DNA of 64,000 nt from Octopus vulgaris (GCA_951406725.2 OX597819.1:76694001-76758000); one strand, 5' to 3'. Counted from the first letter of the stretch, positions 26,798 through 42,064 are shown. The notes: generated by a model not told the origin, from the letters alone. Numbers and translations are program-made.

Positions 26798-27655
26798 TCG
26801 GGTCATCCCATAAATAATGCGGTTTTTTTCAATTGTATGAACTAAAAGTCGGAGGAGGCCGAGATAAACTACTTGCTTCAGCTTGCTATAAAATCAGGGA
26901 GAATTTTACCTTGTACTTATTCTTAGTGTAAGTTTTGAAGGGTGCAGTTCGATTTTACCAGTTATTTTTGCAAAGTTATAATGGAAGTAACAAAGCAGCA
27001 TATTCGTCATATTTTGCTTTATGAGTTCAATAAAGGCAACAATTAAACAGAAAGTGAGAGGAATATTAATGCAGTATATGGGGATCAGACAATAAGCATA
27101 AGCTAGTGACAACGGTGGTTCCAGAAATTCCGGGTCGGAAACTACATCCTAGAAGACGAAACCTCTGCCTGGAAGATCTGTAGAGCTCGACGAGGACGTC
27201 CTGCAAACCCTCATGGAATAAAATCCCATCGTAACTGTTGAGGAACTAGCAGAGAAGCTTGGATTTGGTCATTCAATCATTCATCGACACCTGTGTGCCA
27301 TCTGAAAAGTCAGCAAATTGGGTCAATGGGTTCCTCACAAACTTTCCGAGTCTAATAGCGCGCAGAGAGTGAATGTGTAGTTTTCTTCACTGTTATGTCT
27401 CACGAATGAACCACTTTTGGACCGAATAGTCACTGGTGGCGAAAAATGGGTTTTGTATAAAAATATCAAGCGCCTAAAACAGTGGGTAGGGAAAGAAGAA
27501 ACACTGGGACCCAAGGTTAAAGAAGGTCTTCACCACGTAAGGTGTTGTTATCTGTTTGGTGGGATATGAAAGGTTTAGTTCACTTTGAACTTTTAAACCC
27601 AAACCAAACGATAACAAAGGAGATCTACTGCCAGCAACTTGAGCGGCTTAAGTTG
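26798..27655 (+). mobile_element. Mariner transposon 5' two-thirds (second family)
   Basis: From ATG 26981: MEVTKQHIRHILLYEFNKG...QRWFQKFR.GN..LED...GQWVPHKL...DRIVTGGEKWVLY; contains stops and frameshifts; truncated at ~27655. Confidence 0.92.
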
Positions 27656-28184
27656 TCGACCCACCCTGTATATTTTTAGGTTTGAAATTGGGAAATAATC
27701 ACGGCTTAAATAAAATAACGATTTGTAACGGGATCGAGTTCATGAAAAATAGTTTAAACAAAACAAAAAGGTAGAAACTTCTGAAAGGTGCGGATGCATC
27801 AAAATTACCATTTTATACTTGTTTCGGGTGATGAAAATTAATATCTTGAGAAATTTTGTAACGGTTTGAAAGTAGAGGAAATTAGCAAAATGTGACACAA
27901 TCAACGCCTTGAAATTTATCTCTTTAAAAGCGTCAGAGAGATTAAAATATAACCATTTACTGTTGGTTTAGATGACAAACAGAAATACGACTGAGCCACG
28001 CACCTCCACACAGACACACCCTCACATGTGAGTATGTGTGTGTGCGTGTGTGAGTATTGTTCTTAGGTGTATTAGTGTATATCTTTTATGTTTTATCTAT
28101 TGCAGTTTTAGTTACTGTGGCTTAAACAAACCAGCAAATGATGATGGTAGGGAACAAACACATACACACATTTATATGCAACGG

Positions 28185-28345
28185 GTTTCCACGCAGTTTC
28201 CGTTTTCCACACTCACTCACAAAACATTGGTCATCCCGAGGTTTATAGAAGAAAAGATTTGGACATGGTGAATGCGGTGTGATTGAACCTGAAAACACCT
28301 GGTTGCAAAGCAAGCTTCTTAGCCACCCAGCCATGTCCGCCCCTA
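28185..28345 (-). mobile_element. SINE family A head
   Basis: Reverse complement of the family head. Confidence 0.75.
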
Positions 28346-28967
28346 TTTATATGTCTAATTTATATTTGGTTTTTGCTTTAATAAATCTTGTTTTTGTCAT
28401 ATATGAAACCCCACTGTCAATGTGTGTAATCCGTCTTCGTAGTGAATAGAAAAAAACATTTTAAAGGAGAGTTGTAAAGCCTCACAGATGAATGAGTGTG
28501 TGCGTGAGTGAGTGAGTGAGTGGGTGAATGAATGATTGGGTGAGTGAGTGGGTGAGTGAGTGAGTGAGTGAGTGAGTGAGTGAGTGAGTGGGGGAGTGAG
28601 TGGGTGAGTGGGTGGGTGAGTGACTGGAGTGGAAGTGAAAGAAAGAGAGAGAGAGAAATCTTACGCAGTTATGTATTGAAATTTTACTTCCAGTGATACA
28701 TCAAATTAGGCTTATTACAAGTCTTCATGTCTGCGTGTATGTGAGTGCGCATGCGTATATGTGTGAATGTGTGTATATCTGAGAATAGAAGCAAAATAGC
28801 GTAAAATATACTTTCGGGTTTTTTTTTTTCTTCAAGCTATAAAACTGGCTTGTAAGTAAAGAGATTATGCCTTCTCTGTCTGTCTGCGTTTGATTGTGAA
28901 CAGTCTATATGTAACGGGAATCTAGATTTTATGTTTACAATCCATGCTATTAAAATAATCAGAATCT

Positions 28968-29975
28968 GCGAGGGTGGACTGAAAAGTCCATAGGCTGACT
29001 ATGAAGAAATAATGCCAAAGCTGCGAAATTTGCATGCACTAATTTCAACACTGTTTCTGTGTGAAAACCAGATAAACTGACATTTGACTGTTTAAACAAG
29101 ATTTCAAAAGTGACTGGTCGAAAAAGTCATCGACAGCAGATACTACATTATCGTTACTGCGATACTGGTTTTCAAACAAATGATTTTTTTTTCTCGCTAG
29201 GGAACAGACGATAGTCACATGGGACCAAATCAGAATAGGAAGGTTAGTAAACCAGATCAGAGTCGCAGTCATATACAGCAGCCATTGAAACGGAGGGCAT
29301 TGTCCTGATGAAACAAGATATCAAGATAAACAAGATAAAGGCGGCTAGCTGGCAGAAACGTTAGCACACCGGGCAAAATGCTTAGCAGTATTTCGTCTGC
29401 CGTTACGTTCTGAGTTCAAATTCAGTCGAGGTCGACTTTGCCTTTCATCCTTTCGGAGTCGATAAATTAAGTACCAGTTACGCACTGGGGTCGATAAATT
29501 AAGTACCAGTTGCGCACTGGGGTCGATGTAATCGACTTAATACCTTTGTGTGTCCTTGTTCGTCCCCTCTATGTTTAGCCCCTTGTGAGCAATAAAGAAA
29601 TAACAAGGTATCTTTCGTCAGTTTTCTTGCGGGTTTGGTCTTGATGGTCTTACACAACTCCTCAACAAGATGGCATATTCTCTATTGGTGGTGTGGCCTT
29701 TTTGAAGATAGTCAATAAACACAATGCTTGTTGCATCCTAAAAAACTGAGACTATCACTTTCCCTGCAGATGAAACGACCTTGGTTTCTTTGGAGCAGGT
29801 GAGGAGGGGTGTTTTCACTGCATGGATTCTCTCTTTGTCTCTGATTCAAACTGATGAAGCCAACACTTTTCCTGGGTTAACAAATGGTCAAAGAAACCAA
29901 CTGGATCTGCCTCGAACAATATCAGATTTCCCTTTGATGTAATCATGCTGGTGTACTTTTAATCAGGTGTCACTA
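28968..29975. mobile_element. Rearranged mariner relic (5' end on +, body on -) interrupted by a SINE
   Basis: 28968-29114 matches the TIR and 5' UTR of the 18080 copy in + orientation. 29115-29975 matches the transposase body of the 21804 copy in - orientation (ENQYRSNDNVVSAVDDFFDQ). Confidence 0.8.
29339..29601 (+). mobile_element. SINE family B, full length, with probable TSD
   Basis: GGCGGCTAGCTGGCAGAAACG...GGTCGACTTTGCCTTTCATCCTTTCGGAGTCGATAAATTAAGTACCAG; flanks AACAAGATATC / AACAAGGTATC; internal 33-bp tandem duplication. Confidence 0.92.
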
Positions 29976-30228
29976 TTGCCCTCTACCAAATTTCAATCTG
30001 AATTTATTAGTAAACTCGGAAAGAAAGAGTTGATAACTTTTATTATAAGTGTCTTTACTGCGTTGATAGCGAAGCAACTTCTTACTAATGCACTCATACA
30101 AATGTTGATATACATGTATGTGTGAGACAAGAAGATTTCATTAAAATTTGTGAATGTGTAGGTGAGCTACGGCGTGCATATATGTAGGCACGCGTGTAAT
30201 TGTAATGTGAAGCGATGAGCATTACATA

Positions 30229-30268
<40 letters not shown>

Positions 30269-30399
30269 TACAATTCATGTATTTGCATACATCTCTACGT
30301 GGAGTCGATTTGTTCGTTTTAAGCCTTCAAGGTGGCGTCCTGGCATGATCACGATCCAATGACTGAGACAACCAGAAGATGAAAGATAAAACATAATTT

Positions 30400-30650
30400 C
30401 CATGGAACTGTACCAGATACACTGTGTTAGCTCGAGATTATTGTCTTACACTGGAATAGTCAACAAGTATTCCTGATTTCTAAAGATGAGATGCTTTCTC
30501 CTTTTTTGGGGTCCTTGGTGTGATCATTTGGATGATACTTCCTGCAGATAACATTGTAAATACTTCTGCCAAAAATGCGATGTTTCACTGCATGATAGAA
30601 TCTTCATGACCTTTTTATCCAGCTTCTGATGATGTTGCTGATATTTTCTT
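30400..30650 (-). pseudogene. Short R4/Dong-like LINE fragment
   Basis: Minus-strand HRIFGRSIYNVICRKYHP resembles the HD.IAKTIY region seen at 41200-42000. Confidence 0.45.
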
Positions 30651-30765
30651 AACTTCTATAGCATAGTATGACATTATCTATCAGAACTTGAAAGCTTGGA
30701 ATTACATTATCTATCACTTTCTAATTTATTGATCACATATTTAGTGGTATGTATGTGAGCATATT

Positions 30766-30798
<33 letters not shown>

Positions 30799-30873
30799 GG
30801 ATGTATGCATGTATGTATGTATACACACACTCATCGTCTCAAAGCCAATGAGTGTGTGTGCGTGTTTGTGTGT

Positions 30874-30954
<81 letters not shown>

Positions 30955-31480
30955 TGTATGTATGTATGTATGTATGTATGTATACGCACACACACACATT
31001 CATTAGTTGGTTTTAATGCTTGCTGGCCACTTATATTATTAATATTGCTATTTATCATTAATGATAATAAGTAACTATATATTTATTTATGTAAAATTAT
31101 ACATTAATATCGTTTGAATTTGACGCCGGTCTTTCAACAATCAACAGGCATGACGAAGCGAGTAAAATGTTTAACCCTAGGTAAACAACGAGACCTGTTG
31201 ATGAGAAAGAACTAAGAGAATCATCTCAAAGTACGAAATCATATGATACAGGATTAACTGTAAACTCATTTGCGACTATCAGCCGCGATTGTAAGTTTAT
31301 ATCTTTGCTCGTCTCTCGGTTTTCATCAACCTGTGAAATTGTGGCTCATTAGAGTAATTTTCGACTCTTATTTGTAGCAACGCTGGTGCCTCGTGTACCC
31401 TCAGTTATAATTATTAATTTTAAAATTTATATGTGGTGGGGGAGTGTGGATGTATGTGTGTGGGTGTGTGTGTGTGTGTA

Positions 31481-32083
31481 GGGTACGGTGAATAAACTGC
31501 CATCTAAATTACACAAAAATGAAAATAACACTGGTATCTCATTTTATCAGGAATATTTACCGAAATTACATAAAAATATCTTGAAATACTAAAGAGTAAA
31601 TTTATTCAATAAAATTGTCATTGGTTTCAAACACGGAGTCCTATTGCCAGAGATAGAGTCTTCCAGCAGCCACCCTCTTGACCCAGGGTAGCACTACCTC
31701 CTCCAAGCACTTGATGTAGGCCTTCTTGTTGAGTTTGAGGCCATGTGGGAGGATGAATGGAGGCATAGCTTTGTCATCATTAGTGGCCACTCCAAACACC
31801 ATGATGTTGACAAGATGTTTCATTTTTATTACCCTCGGTACTTGTTTTGGGGACACGGCTAGTCCTCAGACTGACACCCAAACACTCTGAAATGTTCATA
31901 TTGGAGCTTCCGGCACGAACGTCAAGCAGTACAGAATATTGTTTCCAAATTTCTGGTAGAGTGAGTTACATCATAGTGTTGGTTTTCTTACAGAAGGTTC
32001 CCAACTGACTCTACTATACTGTGCCGTCAAAATAAAATCGGAAACAAACAATGAAATGGCGACAATTTACCCTTCCCACCTTG
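31481..32083 (-). mobile_element. Internally deleted Tc1/mariner (maT/DD37D-like) element
   Basis: Frame KHLVNIMVFGVATNDDKAMPPFILPHGLKLN..AYIKCLEEVVLPWVKRVAAGRLYLWQ; degenerate TIRs ending in TA. Confidence 0.8.
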
Positions 32084-32091
32084 TATATATT

Positions 32092-32328
32092 CTTTTATTC
32101 TTTTACTTGTTTCAGTCGTTTGACAGTGACCAAGCTGGAGCACCGCCTTAATGGATTTAGTCGAAGAAATCAACCTCAGGACTTATTCTTTGTAAGCCTA
32201 GTACTTATTCTATTGGACCCTTTGGCCGAACCGTTAAAAAATACGAGGACACAAACACACCGGCATCGGTTGTCAGGCGATGGCGGGGGTACAAACACGC
32301 ACACACAAACACACGTACACACACACAC

Positions 32329-32387
<59 letters not shown>

Positions 32388-32657
32388 TTAAAATTACTAA
32401 GTCTCTATAAAAGAGATTACGGCAGCGTATACTGGAAATTAATTGTTATTGCCATATTAATATGGCATTCTTATAGATATAAGAATAATCGCTGCCACTG
32501 GTCAGCTCCATGAGGCCACCGCCTTAAGATAGCTATTGATACACGATCTGTATCCATTATAACCATTTGATTGGTCCGAGGCTACAGAAGAAAAACTTGC
32601 CCATGGTGCCACGCAGTTGGACTGAAGTCGGAGTCATGTGCTTGGGAAGCAAGCTTC
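32092..32657 (-). mobile_element. SINE family A pieces (tail 32092-32330, head 32565-32657)
   Basis: Reverse complement similarity to 51294-51705. Confidence 0.75.
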
Positions 32658-32658
32658 G

Positions 32659-32747
<89 letters not shown>

Positions 32748-32748
32748 G

Positions 32749-32817
<69 letters not shown>

Positions 32818-33017
32818 GCAGACAGACAGACAGATATATAAATATATGTATGTATGTTTGTATGCATGTATAGATAGGTATATGTGTATAGATATGTACG
32901 TGTTGCGTGTATGTATGTATGTATGTATGTATGTATGTATGTATGTATGTATGTATGTATGTATGTATGTATGCATGTTTGTGTACATGTTCGTATGTTT
33001 ATATGTATGTATGTATG

Positions 33018-33050
<33 letters not shown>

Positions 33051-33168
33051 GTATGTATGTATGTATGTATGCATGCATGTATGTATGTATGCATGTATGT
33101 ATGTATGTATGTATGTATGTATGTATGTATGTATGTATGTATGTATGTATGTATGTATGTATGTATGT
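32658..33168. repeat. (TAGA)n followed by (TATG)n tetranucleotide arrays
   Basis: Direct reading. Confidence 0.97.
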
Positions 33169-33830
33169 ACACGTATTGAAGTATGTAAATATACCTTGTG
33201 CAAGGTGAATAATAGAAATATCTTCAAAACTTAATAAAATCATTTGAGGAAAATCAGAACGGAGATTTATTCACTTCGGTGGAAGTCTACATTCTGTTAG
33301 CAGCTATTCAGTGTTCAAATGACTGTGGGGACTTAACACTAATATGGCTTTGACTGTTAGTCTGAGGCAATTTAACTGGAAGACGCTCGCGCCTTTTATA
33401 CTTCGAACAACAAACGGATATTTGTATGCAATCCACTATACACATACATATATAAACTATAAACTCGATCTCTTTCTAAACTTTCCCTCCTGTTTTTCTC
33501 AATCTCTCTCACTTTCTCTCTCTATCCCTTCCGTCTCTCTCACTCTCTCTCACTACGTCTCTCACCTATACTCGTCATATAACGTTAGTATAATACAAAC
33601 GATAATATAGACTTACGGCTCCCCCTTTTTTACTACAAATAGCTGTTCTACAGTCCGGAGTATAACAACTGTATACATACATACCGAGATACATAGCTTC
33701 TAAAGCGAGACATTTCTAAATAACAAGAAAATTTAATTCGAATACATACACTTATTTTATATCACTTTCTACAACACACGAACATTTATAAGAGAGAACA
33801 TTTATATAGAATCCAATAAATATGCATATG

Positions 33831-33861
<31 letters not shown>

Positions 33862-33983
33862 ATTTATTTACGTATGGATATTCGTATATATTTATATATA
33901 TGTATGTGTGTGTCTGTGTGTGTTTGTACATATATGTATACACACACATGTACATACATAGACACACATACACACGCACAGGC

Positions 33984-34128
<145 letters not shown>

Positions 34129-34496
34129 CAGACATAAATATGTGTGTGTGCGTGTGTGTGTTTGTGTTTGTACATTACATTAAAATTTGTTTCAATCATT
34201 ATAGTTCTTCCTAGAACCGTGGGGAAAAGCACTGATAGTAAAATATATAATATAGAATAAAAACACGAAACCCGAGGAGACGTGAAATCGATGGAAAACA
34301 GAAATAAATAGATAGATGCTGAAGGTACGTTGGTGGTGAGGTGGGGTCAAATTTAATGACTTGTTTGTATAAAACTAAAGTTTTTACTCCACTAAAACTA
34401 AATGGTCTCGAAATGGATTTAAAATAGTACATAGTCTGAGGCTCAGCAGTATGTTTTAAAATAAAACTGCGAATGTTAGTCTTGGAAAAGGTACGA

Positions 34497-34822
34497 TCGT
34501 GACTGTGTGGTAAGAAGCTTGGTTCCCAACCATATGGGTTCTGGGTTCAGTCCCACTGCTCAGCACCTAGGGCAAGTGTCTTCTACTATAACCTCGGGCT
34601 GACCAGAGCATTGGGAGTGGATTTAGTGGACGGAAACTGAAAGACAACCGTCGTGTGTGTGTGTGTATATATATGTATGTGTGTATGTGCGTGTGTATCT
34701 ATGTGCGTGTATTTTTGTGTCCGTCTTTGTCCCTCCATCACCGCTTGGCAACCGGTGTTGGCTACTTTACGCCCCCGTAAGCTAGCGGTTCTTCAAAAGA
34801 GACCGATAGAATTAATACTGGG
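34497..34822 (+). mobile_element. SINE family A, 3'-truncated
   Basis: Head, microsatellite and part of the tail. Confidence 0.88.
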
Positions 34823-35117
34823 AGTATATTATTATTTTATTTTACTTCATCACACGTTACATTCCTAACATTTTGGACTACCTGATAAAACTTTGGGGCT
34901 CAATTATTGTCCAACCCCTGTCCAATTTTTATTCCAATTTTGTACAAGGCCTGTATATTACTGGTATGATGTGGAAACATTGGCAAGTTGGACACCCTCA
35001 AAGTAGAAACAGCTGTAAGAATTTAGTATTTTATACTCATTTATTCCTATTCATCTATTTATTATTATTCATCTATTTACTTGTTTATTTGTTTATTTAT
35101 TTTGATCACTTATACAT

Positions 35118-35560
<443 letters not shown>

Positions 35561-35819
35561 GATATGACTAATTAATTAATAAATAGATCTAAATTAATGT
35601 TTACAGACTAATATTTGTCGATTGATTATCTTCTCCATTTTCTTATTTGCCTTATAAATTCAGGGTATGCTTTACTCCCACTCATACCTGTTATTCAATT
35701 GCACTACTGCTCTACAACAGTAAGCACTTGGATTTAAATACGTAGGTATACATCCAATAGTATAATGAATATTTATTAACACTTAGATGGTTGTTTAACC
35801 TATAAATCATATAGAAATA

Positions 35820-35882
<63 letters not shown>

Positions 35883-35974
35883 TACACACACGTATATGTA
35901 CATATAGTTATACAATGTACTCAAACATACATATATATATATTTATTTAAATATGCACGCATACACACACACAC

Positions 35975-36008
<34 letters not shown>

Positions 36009-36085
36009 AGTTATGGGAAGAGTTACACAAATAAGAAATTTGTCTTATAGAGAAAGACAGACAGACCAATAGCTAGCTAGCTAGC

Positions 36086-36169
<84 letters not shown>

Positions 36170-36614
36170 CGATATTTAATGCACATATTTTCGCTTCTTG
36201 TTGTTTTCCTCTTCCCTTCTCACCTTGCCCATTCTTTATCTAAGTTTCCACACATAACATTAATATTTTAATAGCAATTACATCGTCTTACAGTCCCTTT
36301 CTCTTTAGCTACAAATTTCTATTCTCGCTCGACAGTCCGAAGAAAGCAGCTGTATACTTACAAAAGATCTTAAATAAGGACTTATATAAGTTGAAAGATC
36401 AAATAAATTATTGATGTCAGACAAGTGTTATTTATATACAATTCGAATTGCCGTAGATTTAGATGTTTCTCAGAGAAATTCCGTTAATATCTGTGAGAGC
36501 TCCATATAGATACAGTTGTCATTGATAAGGATTGAGCAGAGTATTGTTGTTATTCCTTGTAAGATAATGTCAACTCTAAGTAAGAGCTGAGTTATGACCA
36601 AAGCATTCTAGCTA

Positions 36615-36825
36615 TTCTTTTATTCTGTTACTTGCATAAGTCATTTGAGTGCGGCCATGCTAGAGCACCGCCTTGAAGGATTTCACTCGAACAAATCGAT
36701 CCCAGGACTTCATTTTTAAGGCCTAGTACTTATTCTATCGATCGCTTTTGCCGAACCGCTAAGAAAACACAACATCAGTTGTCAAGCGGTGATAAGGGAA
36801 CAAACTGACACAAAGGCACACACAA

Positions 36826-36904
<79 letters not shown>

Positions 36905-36945
36905 ACGATTGCCCAATGTGTAACGCATTTGGACCGAACCCAGAG
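36615..36945 (-). mobile_element. SINE family A
   Basis: Reverse complement tail plus (TA)n plus partial head. Confidence 0.8.
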
Positions 36946-37403
36946 ATAATTCCATTTTATTTACATACAATGTATCCCAAACTAAATTATTCATTATTCG
37001 TCTTTCGTTATTTTTCAATGATAAGCTTTGATTGGAGTTGAATTTGGCTGATATTTTAGCATACTGGGTAACTACGTATAGGCTTCATCGTTTGTTCGCA
37101 TATGAAATTCTTGATAACTGTGTCTCAGTTGATTACAAAAAGATTAAGGATTTGTTTTCTTAGTCTTACAGCATATCATCAAACCCTAAACCTGTTGGCC
37201 TATGGCCTCTCTAGAAAGTGGAGGAGGAAAATACTTCGTTATTCTGACAACAAAAATGGATTGTCTCCCTTTCCTGCGTGCATTTCAGGAAATTCTTGCT
37301 GGCGTCCTGGGATCCACACCCTAACAGGTCTAGGGTCTGATGATAGGCTGTAAAGTTAAGGGCTTTGTGGAGGAGACAACCAGGATAATCCCATAGATCT
37401 GCC

Positions 37404-37488
<85 letters not shown>

Positions 37489-37859
37489 AATCTATCTGTC
37501 TGTCTATATACATATGTGTGTGTGTGTGTGTGTGTGTGTGTTATGTATGTATATAATTTATTAAATATTTGTTTCCTTTTCTTTCTTTTCTCCCATGTCA
37601 CAACAACCCTCAGAGTAAATTGGTCTTGTAATGTTTCCAGTTTCTTATCTTATTTGATATAAACAATTTAAATTGATACTTTTATTCCACACTATCATTT
37701 TAACAGCCCAATTTATTAAATGCTTCTTTGTTAAGACCTTGGCTTCAGTTGTCGCTGTTTCCTTTGTTAATACTTTTGTTGCTCATTGGCCATTTGTTTT
37801 AACAACAGCCTTACAATTCCAGCAAGAGTTTAGAGCGGAAGAACAAAATGCTGGAATGA

Positions 37860-38400
37860 AAGAATGAAAGAAGCTAGAGAGGAAAGAAGCCTTGAATGTA
37901 GCACTTTGTTACAATAGACATTTTCTCATGGTTAATGACAGTTTAACTGAAAATCAAATATTAGTTAAAAAAACATAAAAATATCAAGATCTCCTTACAA
38001 GATCTCCCTAAGACGATATGTTGTAACAGGTACAAAGCATTGACAAACTATCCAAAATTAATATCACTTGGTGGGGTGGAAAGGGTTTTCGACAATGAAT
38101 TGGATATAATAAAGGAAATGGTAGAAATTATATAAAAGTTATATAAGAGGGCCTATAAAAACCACATATTTGACTCCAAATCTTCTTGATGCATTTGACA
38201 GCATTTGCATTACTAACTCATTTCAAGGAGCTGAAACCACGCAACCAAGATAAAAGTAAACATCCAGAGTGCGTACCATGTTGAACATGTTGGCAAGAAA
38301 ACTGAAATATAAAATTCTATTTTTAGGAAGAAACATTTCAGAGATTTTTGTAGTTATGAAATATAATACTGTCAAATAGATTCACAAATATCAGAAATAT
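37860..38400 (+). pseudogene. Possible decayed hAT-like transposase remnant
   Basis: Weak motifs only (LNVALCYNRHF; NISEIFVVMKYN). Confidence 0.25.
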
Positions 38401-39079
38401 GAACAACAGAAATTAGAAAAGCAGTTTGGTGACAGAAAAAATTGAAACCTTAAACTCTAGATTACGTCGTCAACAAAGAAAACGACTCACAGTCACAGCT
38501 GAAATACTAAAAGACAATCACCATCTATGTAGCCTATTTAATTGTTTACACACTGTCGGTAAGCCTGTTACTGTGGTATTCGTGCCGAGATCTTTTATGA
38601 ACGTGCTGTGTTACAACACAGTTAATGTCAGAGGATCTATTCAATGACTCGTACTTGTAGCTTGACATATCCTCAGATGAGAATTCGTTGTCTTGGTAGA
38701 AGAAAATGAGAATGATATTTCACTGATGGCTCAGAAATGCCAAAATGTATCTGGTATTCTCGCTGGCCGTTACTGGAACGAATTTTTGTCTCTGGTGTTT
38801 ATTATGTTTTTTTTATCACAACACAGCCATTAAAGATGTTATCTCAAGACAAATCCCGCAGCAACTATCAATAAAGGTTATACATCAAGTATGATACACA
38901 GTCGACTGTTTTAATTTAATATATCTTCAATTGCATATACTCGGATTACTAAAATCTAAATCTAAATCTATGCATTCTAAGCGCCAATACTGCTTTCCAG
39001 AAATCCCAATTAAGTCTAACGTAATGTGCACAACATATGTAAGAGACACCTCATCCGAGAACAATTTGTAACTTATTAG

Positions 39080-39830
39080 TGATCTATAGTGGAAAAACGA
39101 TAAGTTCAACATGAAAGCAGAATGGATGGAAGAAATAGAGGACAGTTGCAAACATGAAATTAACTGTATAGTAAGATAAATAGTGGAAAATTAATCACCA
39201 GATGGGCGCAGGTGCGTTAACAGGATACTAAATCAAAAAAGTGAAATTTATTGCTCTGATTTGATAAAACTACAGAAAGAGATTCAAGGTTACGTTATAC
39301 GGAAGTGTGCCAAAATGTTCTTGGTTCTGGGTAAAATAAAATACTGGAGGATCAGTTAATTATGATCCTATTCAACATATTCTCCCCTCCCAGATTCACA
39401 CACTGATTGCAGTAGTCCTTCAGATTTTCTAAGCCCTGTAAAAGAACTCGGAGGTTTGGGCCTCCTACCAGATTTTTCGTGACACCCTCAAAGCTAGGAA
39501 CTTTTCAGCATCCTAAAGTGCCTAAACGGTTGTCAGCTGTGATTATACTTCTCATTCCAAGAACTAATCAAGGTCCCTATGCTAAATATTACCACACTGT
39601 AGCTTGTCAGAACATCGTGTATCAGTTGTACTGGTGCCCCAATCTCTTCTTACAGCGTCATTGTATCACTGGAAATTTTATAATCCCTGAGCAGGCCAGG
39701 AGAAAAGAAATTACATGCCTCTACAGAGCAGCTACTTATTAAATTAAACAGGAACAAATATTAAAGAAAAGAAGGAACTTACTAGATATTTTTATAGTAT
39801 ACCCCATTGATGGGTTATAAAAGTAATCAA
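39080..39830 (+). pseudogene. R4/Dong-like non-LTR retrotransposon RT fragment
   Basis: W.NDKFNMKAEWMEEIE, KSPDG...LTGY.IK, P.RLSA..ILLIPR....AKYYHTVACQNIVYQLY and FLQRHC...FIIPEQA resemble the R4/Dong RT N-terminal motifs. Confidence 0.7.
39300..39513. mobile_element. Mariner-derived MITE inserted in an R4/Dong LINE fragment
   Basis: ~214 bp with imperfect TIRs (GTGTGCCAAAATGTTCTTGGTT / AAGCTAGGAACTTTTCAGCATCC) and TA flanks; LINE-like coding resumes on both sides. Confidence 0.55.
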
Positions 39831-41199
39831 TCAGATTTTTACAACCAGTGACAGGTGCTACTCCACACCAAGTTAATGAGTTGGTACACAACTTTATTTT
39901 CATCTTCCCGGAAACTATGTAAAATAAGTAACAATCACTTAATAGTTGATTGCTTTCAGTTTCACCATTTCTGATATAGACATTGCTTAGTACCAGGCCG
40001 AATCTGATAGTGCAAACCTGTGATCGAAAGTGTTCCTGTCATGACCGTTCCAACTATTATCCAGACAGAACGTCTATTTTCAAAAGTTTATATCCCTCTT
40101 GATGTCTACCTTTCAGTGGTAATAAATAACTCTTCTCAACAAATATTTGCCAATATAACATATTGGTTTCAAATTTTGGTACAAGGCCAACAGTTTCGAG
40201 GGATCGGGGTAAGTTGATTATACAAACTCCGCTGCTGAACTGGAACTTATATTATCGATCCCGAAAGGATGAAAAGTAAATGCAACCTCGGCGGAATTTG
40301 AACTCAGAAGTACAAAATGACTCAGTATTTTTCCCGGCGTGCTATCACTTCTTGCTAACGTGACATATTACTAACTGAATATCGATCAACCTGATCCAGC
40401 CGACCAGCCATGACAATCCCATCTCCGTTTTAGACACTGTATATCTATAACCTCCTTATTCAAAGTCAACCCTTTTAATGCGGTAGAGTTTAATTTGGGG
40501 GAGAAATTGGCTGATATTTTTAACAGTTCAATGATTGCTTAAACACATCCTCGCCGGCTCACCATTATTTGAAGTTTTCAGGACCGGCGAATTAACAGAA
40601 GCACTCTTAATGCAGGAAATTATGTTATGTTTTCATTCTCACAATCCTTTAATTCCCATCTTATTTAAAGTATGTTGCACTGCAGGATATTCCCTCCATT
40701 AACTGTCGACTGAAGACCTCAGTGATTTCAGTCTCTTCCGTCGGTATCGCTCCTTCTCGTATGTTAAACAGTATTGCTATTATTAAGGAATATTCTGCAT
40801 CTTTTAATCTCAGTTCTGCACAATTTTTCTCTGTAATCCTAGCAGTCGTCTACATTTACTCTTCCCTCATCCACCTTCACATTTTACTCCCCTCCATCGC
40901 TTTCCATTTTTTATAATCTTTGCATTTCTTTATCGACACAGATCTTATTTTGATTGTTTCCCATCCATTTCTCCCCCTCTCCCCCTCTACCTCTCTCTCT
41001 CTCTCTCTTTCTCTCCTTCTCTGTATGGCTTTTCTTTTTGAGTTTTATTTAAGTTATTAAGACAGTTGAAGCCGGTCGCTAACAAAGCGACAAGTCTTTT
41101 TAAGTATTCCTGGTGTTTGTAAATATGTGATTGAGTTGGTGTCTTGGTTGAACTTGAATGCATACACCCAAATGTGAGCATCTTTTTACATGAGAATCT

Positions 41200-42000
41200 T
41201 TGATGGAGAAATTTTGAAATATCTTACAAATCTTCACTGTACCACAATTAGATTGGATTTGGAGAATCCACATTAGTTTCGTTCACCCTTTCTCCGTAAA
41301 CCGAGTATTTCTATGATGAAGGTACAAATAAGAATTGATAGTCAGAGTACGAGAGCTGCAATTTCCGCATAACTTCGCCATGTTTTCTTTTTCTTAGGCA
41401 GCTGACCTCTAGAACAGTGTATGACTTTGTTCCCTGTCTTACTGAAAAATATCAGGCCTCTTATGTTTGCACCACCGAATTGATGTTTTTTATTAAGGTG
41501 TTCCACCAGTAATCCTTATTTTCAAAGGTGTGAATACCTGCTGGTTCTGACATGCCTTTGATGTATACGTCAGGTTAGTGCTTCCTTCAGCCAGTGCTGT
41601 AAATAGTCTTTGCAATTATATCATGTTCGTGAAAAGCGAAGTTATATCATTCTAGGTGGGATGTAACCTTTCTATCACAGATCCAGGAGACGCTACTCTT
41701 TGTGTCAATGCTGTTGTTGTCCTATAGCTTACGGGTTATGTATCCATGCATTGACGCATTGCTTTTGCTGGTATGATGCCTTCTTCTACTCCAAGCTTCT
41801 GTTTAGGTAGGCCAGTGTAATTGTATTTTCAGAGTACCTGAACAATAGTTCTTTTCCAACTCTGAAGATGTTGCTCTCACTTTTGAGTATGCATGAGATG
41901 CACTTATTTATTTTTTAAGTGTGCAGCAGATGCTGTCTGAGAGATACAATGTGACATTCAAAAGCTGTTTGGACTGACCTTACGCCTCTATCGCCATCAC
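41200..42000 (-). pseudogene. R4/Dong-like LINE 3' fragment (restriction-like endonuclease region)
   Basis: Minus-strand translation: MHGYITRKL.DN.SID.KSS.SW..DR.VTSHLE.Y.FA..E, HDIIAKTIY, DYWWN, CKHKRPDI, LEVSC, GTVKICKIF. Confidence 0.75.
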
Positions 42001-42064
42001 TTCGTCTTACTTAAATCGGTGTCTTTGTTAATGTGGAAGTTGCCAGTGGTGGTCAGTACCTTTG

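Noticed and set aside
37335-37365. CTGATGA hammerhead or C/D-box-like word
   Set aside because: No stem II-GAAA or terminal stem follows.
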